Below, in pieces: positions 25,001 through 37,000 of a DNA stretch of 64,000 bases. The stretch spans positions 171,616,001 through 171,680,000 of the forward strand of contig NC_042998.1 in NCBI RefSeq assembly GCF_006345805.1, in the 5' to 3' direction. Each line of letters begins with the position of its first letter. The stretch's first letter is position 1. Position numbers and translations under genes: made by a program. The notes beneath the pieces were generated by a model. That model saw only the letters and a list, made by a program, of their open reading frames with translations. It was not told where the DNA came from and searched no databases. This stretch comes from Octopus sinensis. Its lineage: Eukaryota.

Positions 25001-28000
25001 TTTCACTTGCCTCAACAGGTCTTCACAAGTGTCACAAGAAGGAAGGTATGCACAGGTGGACTGACTACGTCCCAGGTAGGGGCCACAGGTTATGGCCTGA
25101 CTAGTCTTGCTGGGTCTTCGGATGGTGTCTTTATGTGCCACTGACACAGGTGCCAGATGAGGCTGGCGAACGGCCACGATCGGATGGTGTTTGTTACGTG
25201 CCCACAGTACGGAGGCCAGTCGGTGCGGTACTGGCTACGGCCACGTTCGGATGGTTTTCTTGTGTGCCACCGCACTGGTACCACAAAGATACAATTCCAT
25301 TAATGTTCATCTATTTTGATTTGTTTTGACTTGATTTTATTTGATTTGTTTTGATTTCATTTTGATTTTGATTTTCACTTGCCTCAACAGGCCTTCACAA
25401 GTATCACAAGGAGGAAGGTATGCACAGGTGGACTGACTACGTCCCAGGTAGGGGCCATGGGATATGGCCTGACTAGTCTTGCCGGTCTTCGGATGGTGTT
25501 TTTATGTGCCACCGACACAGGTGCTAGATGAGGCTGGCGAACGGCCACGATCGGATGGTGTTTGTTATGTGCCCACAGCACGATGGCCAGTCGATGCGGT
25601 ACTGACTACGGCCACGTTCGGATGGATTTCTTGTGTGCCACAGGCACTGGTACCACAAAGATACAATTCCATTGATGTTCATCTATTTTGATTTTGATTT
25701 TGATTTTCACTTGCCTCAACAGGTCTTCACAAGTGTCACAAGAAGGAAGGTATGCACAGGTGGACTGACTAGTCTTGCTGGGTCTTCGGAAGGTGTTTTT
25801 ATGTGCCACCGACACAGGTGCCAGATGAGGCTGGCGAACGGCCATGATCGGATGGTGTTTGTTACGTGCCCACAGCACGGAGGCCGGTCGATGCGGAACT
25901 GGCTACGGCCACGTTCGGATGGTTCTCTTGTGTGCCACCGGCACTGGTACCACAAAATGTGTGCCACCGGCACTGGTACCACAAAGATACAGATTCCATT
26001 GATGTTCATCTATTTTGATTTGTTTTGATTTTGATTTTCACTTGCCTCAACAGGTCTTCACAAGTGTCACAAGAAGGAAGGTATGCACAGGTAGACTGAC
26101 TACGTCCCAGTAGGGGCCATGGGTTATGGCCTGACTAGTCTTGCCGGGTCTTCGATGGTATTTTTATGTGCCACCGACACAGGTGCTAGATGAGGCTGGC
26201 GAACGGCCGCGATCGGATGGTGTTTGTCATGTGCCCACAGCACGGAGGCCAGTCGATGTGGTACTGGCTACGGCCACTTTCGGATGGTTTTCTCTTGTGT
26301 GCCACCAGCACTGGTACCACAAAGATACAAATTCCATTGATGTTCATCTATTTTGATTTGTTTTGATTTGATTTTGATTTTCACTTGCCTCAACAGGCCT
26401 TCACAAGTCTCACAAGGAGGAAGGTATGCACAGGTGGACTGACTACGTCCCAGGTAGGGGCCATGGGTTATGGCCTGACTAGTCTTGCCGGGTCTTCGGA
26501 TGGTGTTTTTATGTGCCACCGACACAGGTGCTAGATGAGGCTGGCGAACGGCCACGATCGGATGGTGTTTGTTATGTGCCCACAGCACGATGGCCAGTGA
26601 TGCGGTACTGACTACGGCCACGTTCGGATGGATTCTTGTGTGCCACCGGCACTGGTACCACAAAGATACAAATTCCATTGATGTTCATCTATTTTGATTT
26701 GTTTTGATTTTCACTTGCCTCAACAGGTCTTCACAAGTGTCACAAGAAGGAAGGTATGTACAGGTGGACTGACTACGTCCCAGGTAGGGGCCACGGGTTA
26801 TGACCTGACTAGTCTTGCCGGGTCTTCGGATGGTGTTTTTATGTGCCATCATGTTCCCACAGCACGGAGGCCAGTCGATGTGGTACTGGCTACAACCACG
26901 TTCGGATGGTTTTCTTGTGTGCCACAGGCACTGGTACCACAAAGATACAAATTCCATTGATGTTCATCTATTTTGATTGATTTTCACTTGCCTCAGCAGA
27001 TTTACTTACAAATATTCAAAATGAACATCAACCCATCAATCTCACTGCAAAACAGAGTTATATTCTCCCCATCTGACTGACATTATAAAAATTCTGAATA
27101 GATATAAAAGAGCTGTATATAACAATGTCAAAAGTGAACCAAGCGTTGTACATACTTTGGCAGTCCACTAATGTCTTCTAATCGATTCAGTCTCTCCAGC
27201 ATATTCTCACTGTTAAAATAATAAGGAATAATAAAATTAATGCATTATAACAAATACATTCTGAAGGATATGTTTGTATTCTCTTTCTCTTCCCGCTACC
27301 TCTACAGTACCTGTTTTGTCAATTTTCCTCTCACAGCTCTCACCCACTGCATCCTCACTCTCAGCTTCTTTTTCTTAGGTTTCTCTTTCCTTGTAGCTTC
27401 TTCACCTTCCCAACACTGCTTCTCATCTTTCTCTTTTTCCCTCTGACTTTGCTCCATGACACCTACAACACTCTTTCCAACAATGACTCTTTCAGGATTC
27501 CTCTTCAACCTAGTCTAATACTCCCTCTGTCTCCTTCCCTCTCACAAACTCCACTCACATTTACTATTATAAATGTTGGCGGCAGCATAAAAACTGGATG
27601 TTAAATAACAATATGTATACATATTTAATGCTTATGTCTTGATACCATGCAACATTACACTTTATCCACAAAAATCATATAATCTATCCTTCAGTCTGAA
27701 TGAGAAGCCTTTTGTTTTTAGAAGGAGTAACAACTCCTTCAACTTTTTCCAATCCATTTTCACTGTAACTATTACACTTCCAGAACACCCACTACAAATT
27801 AGGTTACCTAAGTAACAAAAGCTATAAACTAAGTATAAGGAGCCACTCAAGTATTTGAGAGAAACTATTTTCTGGATGATCTTAGCTCAGATATCCAAGT
27901 GTACCTATTGAATTGAGAAGTCTACCTTCTCAATTAGCCTGCCTGTGATTCTTCTATACCTTTTTTATGCCAATTGTTTATACTAAACATAACATACAGA

Positions 28001-31000
28001 ACTTCTACTTACTCTTTTTCTGTATACTATGCAAGACCATTTCCCTGATGGTAGAAAACTTCTTGCACATACATTTCTTCACATTTTTTTAATGCTTTTC
28101 TACATATACATTTATATCTATTTCTTTACTACCCACAAGGAGCTAAACACAGAGAGGACAAACAAGGACAGACAAACAGATTAAGTCAATTATATCAACC
28201 CCAGTGCGTAACTGGTACTAAATTTATTGACCCCGAAAGGATGAAAGGCAAAGTCGACCTCGGCGGAATTTGAACTCAGAACGTTACGGCAGACAAAATA
28301 CGGCTACGCATTTCGCCCGGCGTGCTAACGCTTCAGCCAGCTCGCCGCCTTCATTTCTACATATACATTCATATCATTTGGCATAACCTAATCTTTCCCA
28401 TCATTTCCCTATTTTCAAATAAAGGTTATTTTGTGACTGGAATTTCCCAAATTTCATTTTATCCACTCAGTGTTTGTTATAATATTCAAAGGTTTTCACT
28501 TTATGTCTACCATACATAATTTTCCTGAAGATCAGAAACAAGAAACTTGGAATAATGATTTGTGAAGATTCAGCTTTTAGTATTGGTTATTCCATTTTCT
28601 CTATCTTCTTCACACAGAAGTATTTACATCTACATGTATGTATATGGGTGTATGTGTGTGTGTGTGTGTTATTGAAAAGATGTTGTTTTGCATTAAATCA
28701 ATCCTGAGCTAACCTATGCAAAGAAGCACTTCAAATCTAGATATCATGTCTTTGTAAGGGTATCTAGGGATACATTTTCCATGAGAACCTTTTTGTATTT
28801 AATGTAATGTCAAGGGTGAGATAGTAATATTGATGATGTGCAGTATTGACAACAGAAGATGGAACTGCAGATATTATGTAAACAATTATAAAAAAATATT
28901 CCTTGTTACTTACTCTGGTCCATTTCCCCCATCTCCATGACCAAACAGATACATGGTGTGAGACATTCGACCTTTATCTTGATAATTCTCCACTGTTTTC
29001 ATCACCTGTAAATTAGAATCAAAGTTACGTACATTTGCTGGAAAGATAATTACTTTTAAAATTAAAGCATGCACACACCCATTTTTAGGTATGCTTTTTT
29101 AACTAAGTTAAAACTGCATTTTAAAACCCTTTTGTTATCATATTTTTAATGAAATACAGTCTTTGTTTCACTTAATTCTGAAAATAATAAAGATAAATAA
29201 CTTTGTAATTGTTAAGCTGGGGTTTGGAATATAAATTAACATGAAATTCTGATGAAAAGTTTTAATTTAAATCATTTTAAAACATGGAATTTGTATGACA
29301 AAACAAGGAGCAGTTCCAGGTGAATTTGTATCAAAATGGTTAAAGATATTTTTTGCCATTCATTTTGCTTAAAAACATTTTTCAGACACTCATAATCTTT
29401 TCCAGGCTTATCTACCATTTATCTTTTCAACTTACAATTCATTAGCATTCCTAAATATCTATGTATTTTACTTGTCTTCTAATATCTAATTGCATTTTTC
29501 TCTAGAACAATGGCTGATTTAAAATTTATTATTGTCCCACTTTATCTACAAACTGCACTCATTAAACTGAATCCTGATTATGAAAATTCTCACAGAATTT
29601 ATCAAAGAATCCAGCTACTACTACCCTAATAATATTAACCTTTCAGCATTCAGATTTCTCTGTCAAATGTAATGCTTAATTATTCACATTGTTTTAAATT
29701 ATTCATGCATTATCTCATAGCTTTGAGATTTCGATGATGTGATTGTTTTATTCTTAGGATGATATTGAGGTGTAAGTGTGAGAGGCTGGATCTGGTTAGC
29801 TTGAACATAAAGCAGGTAAAATATTTTGACTTGATACAGCCAGTTTAAATGGTAACAGGTTAATGATGATAAAGATGGGGTTTATTGTAAGCATCACTTG
29901 TTGCAAATCCCAATACTGTTGCTAGTGGAAAGTATGTTACTATGAATACATAACTTCTCATTTCCACTATCGCCATCTCTTAAGCTTCACATCTATATAA
30001 GAAATCATTTCAAGGATATTAAACTTGCTGCAAAAGGTAGAATGATGTAGTGAACACTTGATGATGTTCAGTCAGCCATCTCTTGTTTCTAAATTTCCAA
30101 TCTTACTAACACAAAATTTTAATTACTCTCTTTACTCTTTTACTTGTTTCAGTCATTTGACTGCGGCCAAGCTGAAGCACCGCCTTTAGTCGAGCAAATC
30201 GACCCCGGGACTTATTCTTTGTAAGCCCAGTACTTATTCTATCAGTCTCTTTTGCTGAACCGCTAAGTGACGGGGATGTAAACACACCAGCATCGGTTGT
30301 CAAGCAATGCTAGGGGGACAAACACAGACGCACAAACACACACACGCATATATATATATATATATACATCTATACGACGGGCTTCTTTCAGTTTCCGTCT
30401 ACCAAATTCACTTACAAGGCTTTGGTTGGCCCGAGGCTATAGTAGAAGACACTTGCCCAAGGTGCCATGCAGTGGGACTGAACCCAGAACCATGTGGTTG
30501 GTAAACAAGCTACTTACCACACAGCCACTCCTACGCCTATTGTTTAACTTTCAGTTCACATCTCAACTAGAGAATTCATTTGTTCTTTTATTACTATTAG
30601 AAGGAGATTGTGAGTGATCCGGAAAACCAACAACAAATATGAACATATTTACACACCTCCTCAACTGTCCCAGTCATTTCATATGAATCTCCAGGAGGGA
30701 AGTGAGTTAGTACAGTGGTGCCATCTAGACCTTCCCACCAGAAGGTATGGTGCTAAAAAGTAAGAAAAATATAAGTTAAAAATTTATAAAATGATCATTC
30801 TTTTTATGTACGATATAACATGTAAGCCATCTTATGATGCTGGTTTGAAATAGGTCAAGTATAAAATACTGCATATTTTTCCCTTTTCTATAGGATAAAG
30901 TTGAAAGAACAGTGATGTGGAAGGAGTGGTTGTTATTTCTGGAGAGGATAGTAGTATGGGTATAGAACAGGTAAATGTGTCATAGGGGAAAAAACAAAGA

Positions 31001-34000
31001 GAGATCAAGGTGGGTGTGTAGACTCAGTAAGCTATGTAAATTGTGAACATATTTAAAAAAGGGACAAGTAAATTGGGAAGAAGTGGGAAGTGGTAGGGTC
31101 AGATTGGACATGTCAGAAGTTTCATAGGATGATGGATTGGAGGAATAAAATGGAAAAAATTGTAGGCAAGGGGAAAGAGAAAGCAGTTGGCCATGGGGCA
31201 GTTGCAATTATGTCACGAGGAAAAGCCACTATTTGTTCAGTAACTAGTGTAACTTTAATTATTTTGGCAAATACAGGTGACAAATCTAGACACATTTCAG
31301 TCTGATTTCAAGCATGTGCTAAAAGAGAGGTGTCATGTTTGAAAAATCAGGTCTTTGTTAGAATACAAGATAAGCTTAGGAATGGAAATAAATAAATGTA
31401 TAAATGTACTTACAGGAAATTTATTTACAAGATTCCAACTGATCTTTTGGGTAACAAACTTGTTTATACCACAATGCTTCATTATTTGAGGAAGCTGCAC
31501 AGAATACCCAAATGTGTCAGGTATCCATAACTGTAAAGTAAACAGTATCTTTTGTTAGGGAACAGAATGTAGTTATAACAGGATTTTCGTTTTTTTTTTT
31601 TCACAATGTTATTTGCATAATCAAATAACTTTAAGAACTTTATTTGATGTAGAAATTTTATGGAGAATCTTGCCTCTCACAATATAGAAACATTTCTCAT
31701 GGCATCAGCGAGGGAGAAGCACTGTAACAGCCACTCTGACTCATGGGGCCCATACTTGTGGATGGCAATCTCCACCATGATAGTAGTAAGCAGGGATATG
31801 GTATGGGAGCCAAGAACACCGGAAGTCTCAACTGCCACAGCCTGATCTTAAACCTGTTGGAGAGTGACTGATACCTTGACATTTTGTTTTTCTCAGCCTG
31901 ACAAGTGGTGGAGCCAGGGTTAGTAACTGACAACACAAAGTTGCCACTGGAGACGGTATCACAGCATGTGGTATCCCAGATGAGAGGCCTTCTGAATGAG
32001 AAAACTGTCATTTACAGACATATTTTTCTAGCAAGAAACAACAGTAATGTCAAGCACCCTTCTTCACCAAAAGCCAACCACATAAGAATGGCTTTATAAA
32101 AAGTGAATACACAAGTGGTGCTCCAATATGGCCACAACCTTTGGACTGAAATGCATGTGGATTGTTTCAAAGAATTTAACGGGCTAATCAAAATCGAAAT
32201 CGATCAACATCAATGGAAATTGTAGGTGTGATACCAGTGCCGGTGGCATGTAAGAGAACCATCCGAACGTGACCTTTGCCAGCACTGCCCCAACTGGCCT
32301 CCATGCCAGTGGCAAGTAAAAAGCACCATCCGATCGTGGCCGTTTGCCAGCCTTGTCTGGCACCTTTGCAGGTGGCACGTAAAAAGCACCCACTACACTC
32401 ACAGAGTGGTTGGCGTTAGGAAGGGCATCCAGCTGTAGAAACACTGCCAGATCAGACTGGGCCTGGCGCAGCCTTCTGGCTTCCCAGACTCCAGTTGAAC
32501 CGTCCAACCCATGCTAGCATGGAAAATGGACATTAAACGATGATGATGATGAACATTTCATAGCTCTGAAACACAACAATCTAGGATAATTTGAAGGTTA
32601 GGCATAACCTGATTGACGATATAGGAAAGATGAATGAGTCAGAGGTACTTTAGAGGAGGTGGCATAAGAGCAGCCAGCTCTGAGGGGAAGAAGCTACTTT
32701 TGGTAATGGAATAAAAGGTAGAGAGTAGACAGCATGCCTATAGGCTAGAGGCTGGAGCAAGTTTGTGAGTAACTTAATGCCAATCAGTTGATTGTCCTAG
32801 AAAAGAAAAAAAGAAAAAAAAAAAGGCAATAGCATAATAAATAAGATCAAAAGTATTCTTACTTCAGAACAAAACAAATCAAATTCACTTTTGAAAAACA
32901 GCTGTCCATAAAGGAATTGTCTAATGAGGGACTCACCACTAGGGATGTTGCAATCCTACAACAAAAATATATGAAGATATTAATGAATATTGCAGTTACA
33001 GATTATATTATTTAATGTAAAGAGAACTAATACCTACTGAACAAATTTAATTCAATGGTAACCAAGAAAATTTTCTGTTTTCAAAAAAAAAAAAAAAAAA
33101 CACAAACAGTTCAGGCATAGCAAACTTATAGCAATGTGCTTACCTTCTACTAACAGCAAAATAAGTCTGTAACCTAATAAAGATTCTCAGTTGCACCCAT
33201 TTTACTCTTGGTGCATAACTAATGCTATTAGATGTCACAACATTTAATTACTCAGACCTAAATGTTTGAGGTTTTGTGCTTAGTCAATAAAAAATGAATA
33301 TTTTTTTATTTCATGCTATTAATAAAATATTAAGCACACAATCTGGGACAGAAAATGAACAACAAACTCAATGACATCAGTGAGCCTTTTCATTTTTTGC
33401 CTTAAATTTATGCTTATATTGTCACATCCAATTTATATAAAATACTTAACAATTAATTTAGGTTAAGTACTTTCTGAAATTTGTCAATAAATTCAAAATT
33501 AGCTTTACCATTTCTACCCATGTACCACCAACAGGAATAAAACGTCCACTTTTCACAGCAGCTTTAATTTTTGTATAGAGTGAAGGATAATGTTGTTTTA
33601 TCCATTCAAACTGCTGAGCCTAACAGAGAGGAAAAGAAATAAGAAAATTTAGTAAGATATAATGTCAATCAAACAGCATTATATAAAAATGATAGAATAG
33701 AACTCAAAATGCCTTTTCTTTGAAACAAAGGGACTGTAGCCATTACATAACCTTTAGAAAACACAGAAACTATTAAATTAATATTTCATTTATTTAGTGT
33801 GTCAAAACTTTTGTTGCATATCTACAATCTAATAACTGACACTATTCCACTGCAATTCAGTTAATGATTGGATTGTGATTGTGCATTGAAAATTCTGATA
33901 CCTGAATAAATGTTTTTGTGTGTTTTTAATATTCAGCTAGAATAAAACTAAAAAAAAAAAACTATGAAAATACATGAAAATACAAAAATTGATATGGAAA

Positions 34001-37000
34001 ATGTTTAAAATAAAGGGGTAAAATCTATTTAAGTGAAGCTGAAATCAATAAAAACATAAATGACTCACCTGAGAACAAGCAAATTTGAAATTGGGGAATT
34101 TTTCCATGAGGCTTAATGTGCTTGACCAACTGCGAGCACACTTCCGAATGGTTTCAGCATAGGGCCAAAGCCATGCTGTCAGGAGAAATGAAACACAGTT
34201 TTTGTTTATATCATTAAATAACAAAAAATCATAATTACCACTAGTGGATGTTTTTTGATAACATTATTATAATATACACGGGCTATATATAGTCAGGATG
34301 TCTTTATATAGCCTGCAGCTATTGATATTCGATATATTCAGTGTACAATGAAAATAAAACCAAAATGAATTTCTTTTATATTATTATTCAAATATCTTCC
34401 ATGAGCAAAGATTATGAGCACTATCCATTCCTTCAATCAACAAATTTACTCACAAGGCTTTGGTTAACCTGGGATTTAAATATTTGCTAGAAATAAAGAA
34501 TTGTATGGGAATTGTTTCATTTTATCAACATAGCAATGAAGCAGCTGGATTTTCTCTTATCTGCAGTCAAATTAGTTCTGCCAACTTCTGATTACCTAGA
34601 TTGCATGATTTGTGCCAGAGTGCTGTCAGCAGCTACAAAGAAGTTAGACACTGTGTAACAACTGGAGATTTAAAAGCAAAGCAGATGAACAACACAGTAC
34701 AGACATGACACTGATGATAATTAGTGATAAAGAAAAGAACAAATATGATAATGTTGATAATGATGATGATGATGATGAAGAGGTTAAGTAACCTAATCAT
34801 TACCTGTATCAATGTGACAGTGTCCAATAGCATGTATCGTATGGCAGGCGTCACCATTTCTTTCACTAAAGAACTTCTCTGATATCTTTATGGCACTATA
34901 AAAATATAAATTTTTTTTAAATATACAAGCCATAGATAACCCAAATACCCAAATGCCTCAATTTCCTCTAATTAAACTCTGGTATTTTATACCTTGTCAA
35001 ATACCTTTCTTTTAATTTCAGGGTTCCCTTCAGTCATGACCTGGAGAGCTATCATTCAAAGTGGATGTCAACAATGTTTTTATGAAACATTAACAGTTGC
35101 CTGTAAGTCTCTCCTGTCCTCAGCACCAATGATATCTAAGGGAAAGACAGGTTGATATAGCTTGGGCACAAATGTTATTTCAGGTGTTGTTATCAGAACA
35201 CAAACAACTGGAACAGATATCACAGGGCATCCTGCCATGACTGTCATACTCACTGTTTCTGATCAGTGAAAGTTCAGTTCTGCTTAGAAGTACTCTGTTA
35301 AAAATTTGTGCTTGAAGTGTATCCCTCTAGGGCAGTGGTTCCCAAACTTTCTGGGGTTGCTGCCCCCTTGGTACTCGGACTGCATTCCCCACGTCACACC
35401 CCCACCCCACCCCCTCCACTCACCATCATAAACATAGAGGCACTTTCTGCAGCAAATTCAAAACAACTGCATTTCAGAATTAAAACTTAACCTAATTAAC
35501 CCATTATTTTGTTGCTTTTACATCCATCGTCCCCTTTTGGCCACCCCATTATCGACCTCACTTTTCTTCAAGTGCCCCCTCTTGATCTTTCCACCAGCCC
35601 CAGGGTGGTGGTTCTGCCCACTTTGGGAACCACTGCTCAAGGGTGTGAAATCTAGCATGTGAATACAAACAATTTAAAATTACATGTTTAAAATGACTGT
35701 GCCTGACCTCTGTCCTAGAAAACAGTTGCCAAAATATCACCTGAGTCTGTTCAAAGAGATTGTCAGATGGAGATGAGTGCACCTATTTTGACCATCTACA
35801 GTGCATTGAATAATGTTAAGCAGCCTTGCAAATGAGCCTAGCATTTGACCATGAAGATATGCAGAAAAAAAAGATACTATGTAGATATCAAGAGTAAGAT
35901 GCTAATATTAATATCAGACAAAAATATGAAATATCACAACATCAATATAAAATCAGTGGTTTCCAACAATTAAAATGGTCAAGCAGATATGGTATAATTT
36001 TAGCAATTCATAGGTGTTCAGTTCATGTTCACAACAGGCATTTTACTGAGCAATATACTGCAGTCTATGGCTCAATTCACCAAGCAATTGGCAATAAATA
36101 CTGTATAATCTAATTTAATACTTGTAGTAGAACTAGCAACTTAACAAATGTTGCTTCATTACGATAATTTAATGTCATGAAACTGGAGTTAAATAATGGA
36201 TATTGAAAGTTTAGCATTAAGATACATTTGTATTTAACATTTGCAATAGTACCAGTGGATGTTGTAGTTAGAATTATTATTAATTATTTTCACAGGAGAG
36301 AAAATAAGTAATAATATCTTGTCATTATTTAATGTCATGCTCTATACTGGTATGACTTGGGCAGTTTGACAGGATCCCATGGGTCTAAGAATTGCATTGT
36401 ACTCCAGTGTTTGCTTTGGCATGATTTCTACAAGCTGTCTGCTTTATTTGTGACATCAGCACTAGCGATGTTGCCATACAGCTTGCAAGATTACAAACCC
36501 TGATGGGGTAGGGCTCAGCTTTGTGCTAGGAGATGAGCAGCTAAGGCATGAAAGAAGTAGTCAAAGGGAGCAGGTTCTTGTTGTAGAGGAAATATATGAC
36601 CAATTACATTTAGAGGAGAGGGTGAGAATGAACAATTGGGGCTGCAAAAGAAAGTAGAAATAATACAAATAAAGAAAAACAAACTACTTAGAAGGATATC
36701 AACTTGAAAAGATACTGAGCTGTAATTTTGTTATCTAATTACAATAATTAGTTCAAGTAGTTTCCCCACACGAGAATAAAAAGGTGTGTGTAGAGTAGAA
36801 CAAAGCTTTGTATAATATACCTGTTATACACTTCAGGTGTATGTTCTAGGCAAGTGTTAATCATATTATTTGCAGCATAAAGAGCCTGATACCCTCTTTC
36901 ACTTGTCTCAGGAAAATGCTAAAAGAGAAGAAATTGTGAATGCATATGTGAATATAGCAAATGAGATATAAAGTAAATACAAATACATGCACACACACAC

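Noticed and set aside
16200-26600. Scattered single-base deletions private to individual monomers
   Set aside because: Mostly in short homopolymers, as expected from unpolished long-read error; not treated as biology.
14259-26960. Dozens of 60-136 aa ORFs on both strands in the array (Cys/His/Trp-rich)
   Set aside because: By-products of a GC-rich non-coding repeat; open in several frames, broken by indels between copies, and derived from a LINE 3' UTR.
14525-26999. CRISPR-like regular repeat
   Set aside because: No unique spacers, long monomers, no cas genes, eukaryotic intron.
27302-27508. 68-aa Lys/Glu-rich ORF
   Set aside because: Low-complexity purine tract; no domain or splice support.
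28250-28349. tRNA genes
   Set aside because: A and B boxes belong to SINE heads; no complete cloverleaf.
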